Counted from the first letter of the stretch, positions 23,700-35,252 are shown. The stretch is DNA of 64,000 nt from Alphaproteobacteria bacterium (GCA_963667785.2 CAXXMU010000001.1:96001-160000); one strand, 5' to 3'. Notes: a model not told the origin generated them from the sequence alone. Made by a program: numbers and translations.

Positions 23700-24575
23700 T
23701 CAGGAGGCGGTATCGCCGCCGGCCTCCTCCTGCACCGCGAAGAAGGAGGCGCGCACCGGCTGCGCGGGCAGCTCGATGGTCGTCTCGGCGAGGCGCGCGC
23801 GGCGCGTCGGCTTGCCCCGCACCGTCATGCCCTCGTTGCGGTTCGGCATGGGGTTGCGGGCGATGGGGAAGGCGTCGGCGGCGCTGTAGACGCAGATGTA
23901 GAGTCCGCGCGGCGCAGCCGAGCGGTTGGGCTCGGAGCCGTGCGCGAGCCGCGTGTGCATCAGGCAGACACTGCCGGCGCTGCCCGTCACCGGCACCTCG
24001 CGCTCGCGCAGCGTCCGCTCCACGGCGGGATCGACGAAGCCGGTGAAGCGCTCGCCGTCGAAGAGCGAGTAGACCGGGCCGCGGTGGCTGCCGGGCACCG
24101 CCATGAGGCAGCCGTTCTCGGGCGTCATGTCGTCGAGCATGAGCAGCGCGGTCACCACGTCGTCGTTGGTGTGCGGCGTGTAGGCGAAGTCCTGGTGGTA
24201 GCGCACCTCGGTGTTCGAGCCGGGCAGCTTGAGGTTGATCTTGCAGTGATGGTGCTTGACGTCGGGGCCGATGAGGGCGGCCACCATGTCGCACATCGCG
24301 GACTCGCGCATCGCCTCCATGTAGGCGTCGTCGATCTCGCTCGGGTTGTTGACGCGGCGGAGCGCCGGGTGCGCCGCACTGTGCGCGGGCGCGAGGTCGA
24401 AGCGCGGCCGCCCGTCTGTGGTGGGCTCGCCGAAGGGCGCGTCGTGGCCGCGACTCTCCTCGACCCAGCCGGCGAGCGCCGCGCGCAGGCGCGCGAGCTG
24501 GCGGCGGTCGACCGCGTTCTCCGCGACGATGAAGCCGTCGCGCCAGAACGCATCGGCCTCGTGCTTCGCGATCAT
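23700..24575 (-). CDS. Phytanoyl-CoA dioxygenase family Fe(II)/2OG enzyme
   Basis: YHQD facial-triad start, NGCL..PGSH, distal HGS..N....R. Confidence 0.9.
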   Translation of the reverse strand: MIAKHEADAFWRDGFIVAENAVDRRQLARLRAALAGWVEESRGHDAPFGEPTTDGRPRFDLAPAHSAAHPALRRVNNPSEIDDAYMEAMRESAMCDMVAALIGPDVKHHHCKINLKLPGSNTEVRYHQDFAYTPHTNDDVVTALLMLDDMTPENGCLMAVPGSHRGPVYSLFDGERFTGFVDPAVERTLREREVPVTGSAGSVCLMHTRLAHGSEPNRSAAPRGLYICVYSAADAFPIARNPMPNRNEGMTVRGKPTRRARLAETTIELPAQPVRASFFAVQEEAGGDTAS

Positions 24576-24644
24576 GCCAGACCTCCCCGGCGAACGGCGC
24601 GCCAGCGCCGACGACCCAACCCTGCGCGGCCCGATCTCGGGCCG

Positions 24645-24887
24645 TCAAGGAGGATTCTGGTCCGGGAGCGAGGGGAGGACAGGATTACGGTAGGCTCCTG
24701 TCACAATGGCGTGGGTAGGATCACGGCTACCCCAACTATCGACGAACGTGTACAAGGTTTCAGCCACCGGCAGGTCGCAATTGCTGATGGCGTCAAGCCA
24801 CCACTCGCCTTGCCAAGGCGGCTCACGCGAGGGATCGGAGAGTAGCTTGTCGGCCGACAAGAACTTGTTGGGATAGCTCTTCGACAA
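24645..24887 (-). pseudogene. Possible gene remnant (80-codon ORF) at the left edge of the low-GC islet
   Basis: Open frame with low-GC composition, TTG start, no RBS or recognisable motif. Confidence 0.3.
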
Positions 24888-24970
24888 TTCCCAAGTGTCG
24901 GCTAGACTGACGTGCCGCGTCTACGTTAGCTCTGTCTGTGTACATTTAGAATTGACCCCGAAGTACATGA

Positions 24971-26083
24971 TTGAGGCCTGCAATGTCGGATGAAGCAACT
25001 GAACATGATGAGTCCCTAGAAGGGGAGGTTCTCTCAGAAGACGATGTAGTGCCGTATGTTTCGTATGAAGTGACGAGTTACGGGTCAGATCCGGAGGTCG
25101 AAGGACTAGTGAGTCGTCTCCGACGCGGTGATATCGTCATTCCTCCATTTCAGAGGGATTACGTATGGCGCTTACCAGAGGCGTCCAAATTCATAGAATC
25201 TTTGCTTCTTGGGTTGCCTGTACCAAGCGTATTTTTTGCTACCGATCCTGTCAGCAGAAAGCAATTGGTGATCGACGGGCAGCAAAGACTAAAAACACTG
25301 CTTTTTTTCTATGATGGGTTCTTCAATCCGAGACCAGGAGATGCAAGAAAACGTGTATTCAGTCTGACCAAGGTTCAAGAAGCTTTTGAAGGAAAAACTT
25401 ACGGCTCTCTCGAGGAACATGATCGAATTAGGCTGGATACATCCATTATGCACGCCATAACCGTTAAGCAATCCGCGCCAGCAGGAGACGACACCAGTCT
25501 CTACCACATATTCGAACGTTTGAATAGTGGAGGTCGCCGACTTACGGATCAAGAAATGAGGATCGCTCTTTATCACGGGGGTCTAATTGATCGCATACAG
25601 GAGTTAAATGACTACGTATCGTGGCGCAATATTTTCGGAAAGGTGCATACCCGCTTGAAGGATCAAGAACTAATTCTCCGGTTTTTTGCTCTTTTCGATG
25701 GGGCGGGTGTTTATCAAAGGCCTTTGTCGGATTTTCTGAACAAGTACGCTGGAAGAAATCAGAATCCCGACTTGCATTATCTTAATAATATGTCGTCGTT
25801 ATTTTGTGGTGCTATTGATGTGTTCTCCAGTTTTCCTTCCGAAAGACCGTTTCGGCCTACTAGTATCATTAATGTGGCTGTCTACGACTCATGCATGGTG
25901 GGAATGGCAAGGCGTCTGTCGGCACCTGATGCTCAACCTCCAGATATCCATGCAGCGGAAACAGCTTACAAGGCTCTGCTACGAGATAGAGATTACTACG
26001 AGGCAGTATCACGTTCAACTGCGGATGCCGCTTTTGTTCAACGGAGAATCGCTAAGGCAACTGAGGCTTTTTCAGAGTGTTAA
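24971..26083 (+). CDS. DUF262 (ParB-like, GmrS-type) domain protein
   Basis: PPFQRDYVW, IESLLLGLPVP, IDGQQRL, FERLNSGG; low GC; the start may be the ATG at 24983. Confidence 0.9.
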   Translation: MRPAMSDEATEHDESLEGEVLSEDDVVPYVSYEVTSYGSDPEVEGLVSRLRRGDIVIPPFQRDYVWRLPEASKFIESLLLGLPVPSVFFATDPVSRKQLVIDGQQRLKTLLFFYDGFFNPRPGDARKRVFSLTKVQEAFEGKTYGSLEEHDRIRLDTSIMHAITVKQSAPAGDDTSLYHIFERLNSGGRRLTDQEMRIALYHGGLIDRIQELNDYVSWRNIFGKVHTRLKDQELILRFFALFDGAGVYQRPLSDFLNKYAGRNQNPDLHYLNNMSSLFCGAIDVFSSFPSERPFRPTSIINVAVYDSCMVGMARRLSAPDAQPPDIHAAETAYKALLRDRDYYEAVSRSTADAAFVQRRIAKATEAFSEC

Positions 26084-26086
26084 GTT

Positions 26087-26572
26087 ATGCGATTGAGTAC
26101 GCTTTCGTCTCAGCACCAGAGAATATGCTGGTTAATCTCAGAAGCTGACAAGTTCAGCTCTGATCAGATGGAATTGCGGGCGCATTGGGCTCGCTATTTG
26201 TGCGTTCTGTCATCTGGTTTTTTGGAAAACTCGTTGAAGGAAGTATATGGTGTTTATGCGAAGTCGCGTAGCGAACCAACTATCGCGAACTATGTTGTAA
26301 GCGTGCTTAATGGTGTTCATAATCCGAAGTCCAATAGATTCGTCGAAACGGCGGGATCATTCAATAAAGATTGGGTGTCTGGCTTGGAAGAAATCTTGGA
26401 GACCGATGGAAATAAAGAGGCAATAGATTCGATTATGTCGAATCGACACTTGATAGCTCACGGAAAAGATTCGAACATCACGCTTGCGCAACTGAAAGAT
26501 TACCTAGCGAAGAGTGTAAAGGTGATTGAATTCATCGAAGTCCAGTGCGGTTTAGGTGATCAGAGAAGGTAG
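26087..26572 (+). CDS. HEPN domain protein (putative RNase)
   Basis: 161 aa, helical; N-terminal GFLE and R-X4-H motif NRHLIAHG; starts 3 bp after the DUF262 stop. Confidence 0.8.
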   Translation: MRLSTLSSQHQRICWLISEADKFSSDQMELRAHWARYLCVLSSGFLENSLKEVYGVYAKSRSEPTIANYVVSVLNGVHNPKSNRFVETAGSFNKDWVSGLEEILETDGNKEAIDSIMSNRHLIAHGKDSNITLAQLKDYLAKSVKVIEFIEVQCGLGDQRR

Positions 26573-26620
26573 GACCTAACATTGGTTCAAGATAATGGCT
26601 TTAGTGATCCCGCGAGAGGG

Positions 26621-27502
26621 TCATGATGTGATGGCGCCGTCCTGCATGAGGGCTGACCAGAGGTTATCCAACTCAACCCCCTCCATCGCGGGCGAGAAGC
26701 GGGCGAGACGGCGTTCCATGATCCGCACCGCCTCGGGGTTGTCGTCGACAAGGAGGCAGGAGCGGCCGTGCTTCGCCGCGGCCTCGCCGAACGTGCCGGA
26801 GCCCGCGAAGAAGTCCATGAGCCGATCGCCCGGCGATGAATGCACCCTGACGATGCGCTCCAGCAGCCCGAGCGGCTTCTGGGTCGCATAGCCCGTCTTC
26901 TCCTTCGAGTTGGTGGGCACGATGGTGTGCCACCAGACGTCCGTCGGCGTCTTGCCGCGCGCCGCCTTCTCAGCCCCCACAAGCTGGGGCGCCATGTAGG
27001 GGATGCGGTCGATCTCGCCCGCGTGGAAGGTGTAGGTGGCCGGGTCCTTCGCGTACCAGAGGATGGTGTCGTGCTTGGCCGCCCAGCGCCGCTTCGGCCT
27101 GCCGCCGTAGTCGTAGGCCCAGATGATCTCGTTCAGGAAACTCTCGCGGCCGAAGATGCCGTCCAGCAGCACCTTGCAGTAGTGCGCCTCGCGATAGTCG
27201 ATGTGGAAGAAGAGCGAGCCGGCGGGCCCGAGCACCCGGTGGGCCTCCTCCAGGCGGGGGCCGAGGAAGGCCAGATAGTCGTCGAAGCGGTCGGCGTAGG
27301 TCGTGGCGCCGAGTACCTCGGTGCGGTAGCGCCTGCCCTGGAAGCCGATCCTGTCGCCCGCCGCATCCCGCACCGTGCGGAGCGCCGTGCGCGTCTGCGT
27401 GCGCCCGGTGTTGAAGGGGGGGTCGACGTAGATCAGGTCGATGCTGCCTGCGGCGAGCGAGCGGAGGACGGTGAGATTGTCCGCAAGCACAATTCGCAGC
27501 AT
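26621..27502 (-). CDS. N6-adenine/N4-cytosine DNA methyltransferase (beta-class motif order)
   Basis: Catalytic DPPF precedes SAM-binding DFFAGSGT; YATQKP; strong GGAGG RBS. Confidence 0.93.
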   Translation of the reverse strand: MLRIVLADNLTVLRSLAAGSIDLIYVDPPFNTGRTQTRTALRTVRDAAGDRIGFQGRRYRTEVLGATTYADRFDDYLAFLGPRLEEAHRVLGPAGSLFFHIDYREAHYCKVLLDGIFGRESFLNEIIWAYDYGGRPKRRWAAKHDTILWYAKDPATYTFHAGEIDRIPYMAPQLVGAEKAARGKTPTDVWWHTIVPTNSKEKTGYATQKPLGLLERIVRVHSSPGDRLMDFFAGSGTFGEAAAKHGRSCLLVDDNPEAVRIMERRLARFSPAMEGVELDNLWSALMQDGAITS

Positions 27503-27650
27503 CGTGTACCTCCCTCCTGCATGCTCGACGACATGGATGCAGCGGCCGGCCGGCGCCGACTCGCCCCCGGTCGGCCCGAGGGTGGCGCAGGGTTGCCTTT
27601 CGCGCAACGCCGGGCCACACAGGTCGCCTCAGCCTGGAGGGGAAGGGCCC

Positions 27651-29096
27651 ATGCCGAAGGCGAACGAGATCTGCCGGATGGACGCGGTCGCGCTGGCGGC
27701 GAAGGTGCGGGCGAAGGAGCTCTCCGCCCTTGAGGTCGCCGACGCGGTCATCACCCACATGGAGCAGGTCGAGCCTCATCTCCACGCCTTCTGCGCGCCG
27801 GCGCCGGACTATGCGCGCGCCGCCGCCCGGCAGGTGGATGCCAAGATCGCCGCCGGCGAGGACCCGGGGCCGCTTGCGGGCGTGCCCGTCGGCATCAAGG
27901 ACCTCGTCTGCACCAAGGACCTCCCCACCGCCTCCGGCTCCGTCGCCTACGAGGGCTTCTTCGCGGACGAGGACGACGTCGTGGTCGAGCGCCTGCGCGA
28001 TGCGGGCGCCGTCATCCTCGGCAAGACCAACGTGCCGGAGTTCGGCTACAGCGGCGCGAGCCACAATGCCCTGTTCGAGGCGACCCGCAACCCGTGGAAC
28101 ACGGAGCGCTCGCCCGGCGGCTCCAGCGCGGGCTCGGGCGCGGCGGTGGCGTCGGGCATGGGGCCCATCGCGGTCGGTAGCGACGGCGGCGGCTCGGTGC
28201 GGATCCCGTCGTCCTTCTGCGGGCTGGTGGGGGTCAAGGCCTCCATGGGGCGGGTGCCGCTCTATCCCGGCTGCCGGGACGAGCGCTATCCCGGCGTCTC
28301 GAGCTGGGAGGGGATCGAGCATATCGGCCCGATGACGCGGACGGTGGCGGATTCGGCGCTCATGCTGTCGGTCATGGCCGGGCCTGACGATCGCGACCGC
28401 CACTCGCTGCCGGCCGGCGACGTCGACTGGCTCGCCGCCGGCGCCGGCGGCGACCTCGCCGGCCTGCGCGTGGCCTACAGCGCCGACTGGGGCTACGCCG
28501 CCGTCGATCCCGAGGTGCGGCGGATCGTGGGCGATGCGGCACGGGTGTTCGAGAACGAGCTCGGCTGCACCGTGGAGGAGGCGGACCCCGGCTGGGACGA
28601 CCCCTACCTCGCCTTCTGGGGCCTGGTGGCGGCGGAGACCGATCTCGCCGGGATGCGGCGCCTCGTGGCCGAGCACGGGGCGCGGATGACGCCCCACCTG
28701 GTGGATTTCATCACCCGGCCGTGGACGGCGGAGGACCTCACCAACGCGGTGATCGGGCGCAAGGCGCTGGTCAACAGGATGTGGCGGTTCATGCGGAACT
28801 ACGACGTGCTGCTGACGCCGACGCTCGCGTGCCCGCCCTTCGGGCTCTACACGCAGGGGCCGGAGATCATCGAGGGGCGCCTGGTGCCGCCTTTCGCCTG
28901 GCTCGCCTTCACCTTCCCCATGAACATGACGGGCCAGCCGGCGGCGAGCGTCCCGGCCGGATGGACGGCGGACGGGCTGCCGGTGGGGCTGCAGATCGTG
29001 GGCCGCCACCTGGACGATGCGATGGTGCTGAAGGCCGCGGCCGCCTTCGAGGCCGCGCGGCCTTGGCGCGACCGCTGGCCGGCGCTGGTCTCGTAA
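27651..29096 (+). CDS. Amidase (amidase-signature family)
   Basis: IKDL, GKTNVPEFG, PGGSSAGS, SDGGGSVRIP. Confidence 0.93.
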   Translation: MPKANEICRMDAVALAAKVRAKELSALEVADAVITHMEQVEPHLHAFCAPAPDYARAAARQVDAKIAAGEDPGPLAGVPVGIKDLVCTKDLPTASGSVAYEGFFADEDDVVVERLRDAGAVILGKTNVPEFGYSGASHNALFEATRNPWNTERSPGGSSAGSGAAVASGMGPIAVGSDGGGSVRIPSSFCGLVGVKASMGRVPLYPGCRDERYPGVSSWEGIEHIGPMTRTVADSALMLSVMAGPDDRDRHSLPAGDVDWLAAGAGGDLAGLRVAYSADWGYAAVDPEVRRIVGDAARVFENELGCTVEEADPGWDDPYLAFWGLVAAETDLAGMRRLVAEHGARMTPHLVDFITRPWTAEDLTNAVIGRKALVNRMWRFMRNYDVLLTPTLACPPFGLYTQGPEIIEGRLVPPFAWLAFTFPMNMTGQPAASVPAGWTADGLPVGLQIVGRHLDDAMVLKAAAAFEAARPWRDRWPALVS

Positions 29097-29133
29097 GCCG
29101 GAGGGAGGCCGGCAGGGACGGTCTCGCGCCGGC

Positions 29134-29234
29134 TTTTTGTCGCTCACGGCCGCCGGCCTGCGGCCGGCGCCTCCGCGAGGGCGCCGCATAAGCGGCGGGC
29201 CGCGGTCGCGGCCTGTCGCGAATCCGTCAAAGAC
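29134..29234 (-). repeat. Dispersed intergenic repeat, copy A (no 28-bp units)
   Basis: Reverse complement matches 54861-54934 and the tail GCCGTGAGCGACAA at 55030-55043 and 62840-62853. Confidence 0.85.
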
Positions 29235-29260
29235 GGATACGCTCCGGGTCTCCGGCGGGG

Positions 29261-29800
29261 CTATTCCGCCGCTGCCGGCACCCGCTCGATGCCGCTCTCG
29301 GTCAGCTTGTGGCCGCGGCGCTCGGCCTCCTCCAGCACGTCGTCCCGCCAGGTCACGCGGCCGGGGTCGGTGGCGCCGACGATGACGAAGAGCAGCCCCT
29401 CCTCGTCGCTCACGTTGCGGAAGCCCCGCATCACGTGGGGCGGGCAGGAGGCCACGTCCCAGGGATCGAGCAGGACGCAGCGGCTGTCCTCGTCGTCGCC
29501 CCAGAAAATCTTCCAGCGGCCCTTGAGGGGCATGAAGACCTCGTTGGTCTCGTGATCGTGGTGCAGCGTGCCCTTGCCGGGGCCGCAGCGCACCACGGAG
29601 ACGTTGAAGTCGCGGTTGTCCGAGATCGCGGCCTTCTGGGTCGCGTCCTCACCGACGCCGCGGCCGATGATGTGGAAGATCTCGCGCTCGCAGCCGGGGA
29701 TCACCGCGTCCAGCATCGGCAGCGTGCTGCCCTCGAGCGTGTCGAAGCGTGCAACGCGGGTCTTCTCGAACTCGTCCACCGTGATGATGTCGTCGTTCAT
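29261..29800 (-). CDS. Cupin domain protein
   Basis: H-x-H-x3-E motif (HDHETNEVF) and PPHVMRGFRN second motif. Confidence 0.8.
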   Translation of the reverse strand: MNDDIITVDEFEKTRVARFDTLEGSTLPMLDAVIPGCEREIFHIIGRGVGEDATQKAAISDNRDFNVSVVRCGPGKGTLHHDHETNEVFMPLKGRWKIFWGDDEDSRCVLLDPWDVASCPPHVMRGFRNVSDEEGLLFVIVGATDPGRVTWRDDVLEEAERRGHKLTESGIERVPAAAE

Positions 29801-29845
29801 CGCTCTGTCCTCTCGTCTCTCCTGCTCGTGCCCGATTCCGCTCTC

Positions 29846-31417
<1,572 letters not shown>

Positions 31418-32323
31418 TCAGCCGCCGGCGAGGCACCAGAGCAGGATCGCCTTCTGCGCCGGCACGCGGTTGGCGGCCTCGTCGAGCACCACCGACTGGG
31501 GTCCGTCGAGTACCGCGTCGGTCACCTCGCAGCCGCGCTTCGCCGGCAGGCAGTGCATGAAGAGCGCATCCGGCGCCGCCATCGCCATCACCGCCTCGTC
31601 CACGCGGTAGGGCTCGAACGCGACGTTGCCCTTGCGCGCCGGGTCGTCGTGCAGCGAGACCCAGGTGTCGGTCACGACGCAGTCGGCGCCGGAGACCGCG
31701 CTCGCCACGTCGGTGCCGACGGCGATGTCCGCGCCCCTCTCCCTGGCCCAGGCGACGACGCCGGGCTCCGGCGGGTAGGCGGGCGGGCAGGCGAGGCGCA
31801 GGCTGAAGCCGCAGAGCGCTGCGGTCTGCACCCAGGTCGCGGCCATGTTGTTGCCGTCGCCGAGCCAGGCGACCGAGCGGCCCGCGATGGGGCCGCGGTG
31901 CTCCTCGTAGGTCATCACGTCGGCCACGAGCTGGCAGGGGTGGCTGCGGTCGGTCAGCGCGTTGATGACCGGCACGGTGGCGCCCGCCGCCAGCGCCAGC
32001 AGCGTCTCGTGCGAGCGCGAGCGCAGCGCGATGGCATCGACATAGCGCGACAGCACGCGCGCCGTGTCCTCGATGGTCTCGCCGCGGCCGAGCTGCATGT
32101 CCGCCGGCGTGAGGGTGATGGTCTTGCCGCCGAGCTCGTCCATGGCGACTTCGAACGAGACCCGCGTGCGCGTCGACGGGCTCTCGAAGATCGCGGCCAG
32201 CGTCCTGCCGGCGAGCGGGGCGGCGCCGTTCCGCCCCTTCAGGGTGCGCGCGCGGTCGATGGTCGCCCGCAGCGTCCCTGCGTCGATCGCGTCGAAATCG
32301 AGGAAGTGACGGGGCCGGCTCAC
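31418..32323 (-). CDS. argF: Ornithine carbamoyltransferase
   Basis: STRTRVSF, HPCQ, HCLPA; GTG start overlaps the argD stop. Confidence 0.95.
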   Translation of the reverse strand: MSRPRHFLDFDAIDAGTLRATIDRARTLKGRNGAAPLAGRTLAAIFESPSTRTRVSFEVAMDELGGKTITLTPADMQLGRGETIEDTARVLSRYVDAIALRSRSHETLLALAAGATVPVINALTDRSHPCQLVADVMTYEEHRGPIAGRSVAWLGDGNNMAATWVQTAALCGFSLRLACPPAYPPEPGVVAWARERGADIAVGTDVASAVSGADCVVTDTWVSLHDDPARKGNVAFEPYRVDEAVMAMAAPDALFMHCLPAKRGCEVTDAVLDGPQSVVLDEAANRVPAQKAILLWCLAGG

Positions 32324-33489
32324 GATCCGACCTGGCTGCAGGCCCGCTCGAGCGCGTCGCAGGCCTCGTCGATCTCGGTCTCGCCGATGTTCAGCGGCGG
32401 CAGCATGCGCAGCACGTTGCCGTCCGCCGGCAGCGCCAGCACCTTGCGCTCGCGCAGCGCGCCGAGGAGTTCCATGTTGGGCACCACGCATTCGAGCCCC
32501 AGCATGAGGCCGCGGCCGCGCACGCCGGTATAGACGCTCTTGTTGCCGGCCATCGCCGTCAGCCGCTCGGTGAGCTGCGCGCCCGTCTCCCGCACCCGCT
32601 CCAGGAAGCCCTCCGCCAGCACCACGTCCAGCACGGCGTTGCCGACCGCGCAGGCGAGCGGGTTGCCGCCGAAGGTGGTGCCGTGGCTGCCGGGGACCAT
32701 GGCGGCCGCCATCTCCTCCCGCGCGAGGCAGGCGCCGATGGGGAAGCCGTTCCCCAGCGCCTTGGCGACGGCCATGATGTCCGGCGTCACGCCTGCCCAT
32801 TCATGGGCGAAGAGCCGGCCGGTGCGGCCCACGCCGCACTGCACCTCGTCGAAGATGAGCACCAGGCCCGCCTCGTCGCAGAGCGCGCGCAGGCCCCGCA
32901 GGAACGCGTCGTCCGCCGGATAGACGCCGCCCTCGCCCTGGACCGGCTCGACCAGGATCGCCGCGGTCTCGTCCCCCACTGCGGCCCGCGCGGCGGCGAG
33001 GTCGTTCAGGTCGACCTGGTCGAAGGCATCGACGGCCGGCTCGAAGCCCTTGAGGTGCTTGGCCTGGCCGCCGGCCGCGATGGTGGCGAGCGTGCGCCCG
33101 TGGAAGGCGTTGCGGAAGGTGATCGTGCGGTAGCGCCCGGGCGCGCCGCGGCTCGTCTGGTAGATGCGGGCCAGCTTGAGCGAGGCCTCCATGGCCTCGG
33201 CGCCGGAGTTGCAGAAGAGCACGCGGTCGGCGAAGGAGTTGGCGGTGAGCTGCTCGGCGAGGCGCGCCTGCGGCGGGATGTGGTAGAGGTTCGAGACGTG
33301 CCAGAGCTCCTTCGCCTGGTCCTCGAGGGCCGCGACCACGTGCGGGTGCGCGTGGCCGAGACTGGTCACGCCGATGCCGCAGCCGAAATCCAGATAGCGC
33401 TCGCCGTCGGCGGTGAAGAGGTAGGAGCCCTCGCCCCGCGCAAACGTGAGGTCGAAGCGGCCATAGTTGGCCATCACTGAAGTGGACAC
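32320..33489 (-). CDS. argD: Acetylornithine aminotransferase
   Basis: NSGAEA, FHGRT, EPVQGEGG, DEVQCG, AKALGNG, HGTTFGGNP; coupled to argF. Confidence 0.93.
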   Translation of the reverse strand: MSTSVMANYGRFDLTFARGEGSYLFTADGERYLDFGCGIGVTSLGHAHPHVVAALEDQAKELWHVSNLYHIPPQARLAEQLTANSFADRVLFCNSGAEAMEASLKLARIYQTSRGAPGRYRTITFRNAFHGRTLATIAAGGQAKHLKGFEPAVDAFDQVDLNDLAAARAAVGDETAAILVEPVQGEGGVYPADDAFLRGLRALCDEAGLVLIFDEVQCGVGRTGRLFAHEWAGVTPDIMAVAKALGNGFPIGACLAREEMAAAMVPGSHGTTFGGNPLACAVGNAVLDVVLAEGFLERVRETGAQLTERLTAMAGNKSVYTGVRGRGLMLGLECVVPNMELLGALRERKVLALPADGNVLRMLPPLNIGETEIDEACDALERACSQVGS

Positions 33490-33521
33490 GGCAGCGCCTC
33501 CGCCAAATCGGGAAAGCGCGC

Positions 33522-33550
33522 ACTATCCGTATGCGGGCCGCCCAAGTCAA
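33522..33550 (-). promoter_or_regulatory. Putative sigma70 promoter of argD-argF
   Basis: TTGACT-N17-GATAGT on the minus strand. Confidence 0.55.
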
Positions 33551-33584
33551 CGCGGGCGGGCGCTCCGAACGGACTGGCGGCGGA

Positions 33585-35252
33585 TCAGATCGGGTATTCG
33601 ATCGTCCCGAGGCGGGCCGAGAGCTTCATGTTCTCGCCATAGTCGATGGGCACGCCGATCACCGCCGGGCCGGGCTGGGCGAAGGCCTCTTCCAGGGCCG
33701 GGCCGAGCTCGCTCGCGCTCTCGATGGTCCGCCCCCAGGCGCCGTAGGACTTGGCCCAGAGCGCGAGGTCCGGGTTGGTGAACGAGAGGTCGAAGTGGCG
33801 GCCGTCGAAGGCGTTCCGCTGCTTCCACTCGATCAGCCCGTAGGCGCCGTCCATCCAGATCATGGCGACGACGTTGAGCTTGCGCCTGACCGCGGTCTCC
33901 ATGTCCTGGGCGTTCATGAAGAAGCCCGCGTCGCCGTTGATCGAGAGGACGCGGCGCTCCGGCAGCGCGATCTTGGCCCCGAGCGAGCCGGGGAAGGCGA
34001 AGCCCATGGTGCAGAAGCCGTTGGAGATGAGGCAGGTGTTGGCCTCGTCGCACTGGTAGTAGCGGGCGATCCACATCTTGTGGGCGCCGACGTCGGAGAG
34101 CAGCACGTCGTCGGGCCCCATGAACTGGCGCACGTCGTAGAGCACCTTCTGCGGGCGCATGGGGAAGTGGCTGCTGCCCCGCTCCGCCGTGAGGTCGTCG
34201 TGGATGGTGGTGCGCAGCGCTTGCCGCTCGTCGATGTCGAAGAGCGGCAGGTTGGCGCCGCCGTCTGCGGCGCGCCGCTCGATCTCCTCGTTGATCTGCC
34301 AGAGGGCATCGGCGATGTCGCCGGCGACGTCGACCGCGACCTGGTAGTCGCCGTCCACCTCCGCCGGCCAGAAGTCGATGTGGACGATGGTCTTCTCCGC
34401 CCCGCGGTTCCAGAAGGCGGGCGAGTACTCCACCAGGTCGTAGCCGACCGAGACGATCACGTCGGCCTCGCGGAGCGCCGCGATGATGTGGTCCTTGCCC
34501 TGCAGGCCCACGGTGAAGAGGCAGTGCTCGTCGCTGCGGGGGACGGCGCCCTTGCCCATGAAGGTGTTGACGACGCCGATGCCGCTGAGCGCCGCGAGCC
34601 GTCTCAGCTGGGTCGAGGCGCGTTTGCGGATGGCGCCGTTGCCGGCCAGGATCAGCGGTTTCTCGGCGCCGATGATCGCGTCCACCGCGCGCGCCACCGC
34701 CTTGTAGTCGGCGCCGGGGCGGCGGGTCTTGATCGGCGCGATCGGCGCGCCCGCCGCCTCGTGCTCGGCGATGTCCTCCGGCAGCTCGATCAGCACCGCG
34801 CCGGGCTTCTCGGCCTCGGCGACCTTGAAGGCCTTGCGCACGATCTCGGGGATGTTGTCCGGCTGGTGCACCGTCTGCGCCCACTTGGTGATGGGGCGGA
34901 ACATGGAGACCGAGTCCATGTTCTGGTGGCTCTCCTTGTGCAGCCGCTGGGTGCCGGCCTGGCCGATGAGGCAGACCACGGGCGCGCGGTCCATGTTGGC
35001 GTCGGCGACGCCGGTCACGAGATTGGTGGCGCCGGGGCCGAGGGTGCCGAGGCAGACGCCCGCCTTGCCGGTCAGCCGGCCGTAGACGTCGGCCATGAAG
35101 GCCGCCGCCTGCTCGTGGCGACAGAGGACGAAGTCGATGTCGCTCTCCATCAGCGACATCATCACGTCGGCGTTCTCCTCGCCGGGAATGCCGAAGATGT
35201 GGGTCACGCCCTCGGTCTCGAGGCACCTGACCAGAAGATCGGACGCTTTCAT
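33585..35252 (-). CDS. ThDP-dependent acetolactate synthase large-subunit-like enzyme
   Basis: GIPGEEN, RHEQAAAFMAD, TLGPGATN, DVGAHKMW, GDAGF; no small subunit adjacent. Confidence 0.9.
   Translation of the reverse strand: MKASDLLVRCLETEGVTHIFGIPGEENADVMMSLMESDIDFVLCRHEQAAAFMADVYGRLTGKAGVCLGTLGPGATNLVTGVADANMDRAPVVCLIGQAGTQRLHKESHQNMDSVSMFRPITKWAQTVHQPDNIPEIVRKAFKVAEAEKPGAVLIELPEDIAEHEAAGAPIAPIKTRRPGADYKAVARAVDAIIGAEKPLILAGNGAIRKRASTQLRRLAALSGIGVVNTFMGKGAVPRSDEHCLFTVGLQGKDHIIAALREADVIVSVGYDLVEYSPAFWNRGAEKTIVHIDFWPAEVDGDYQVAVDVAGDIADALWQINEEIERRAADGGANLPLFDIDERQALRTTIHDDLTAERGSSHFPMRPQKVLYDVRQFMGPDDVLLSDVGAHKMWIARYYQCDEANTCLISNGFCTMGFAFPGSLGAKIALPERRVLSINGDAGFFMNAQDMETAVRRKLNVVAMIWMDGAYGLIEWKQRNAFDGRHFDLSFTNPDLALWAKSYGAWGRTIESASELGPALEEAFAQPGPAVIGVPIDYGENMKLSARLGTIEYPI

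Noticed and set aside
24895-26600. Integron cassette reading of the DUF262-HEPN islet (GTTAGC upstream, ACCTAAC just after the HEPN stop)
   Set aside because: No matching downstream GTTRRRY with an attC-like stem was found, and there is no integrase; the short motifs can occur by chance.
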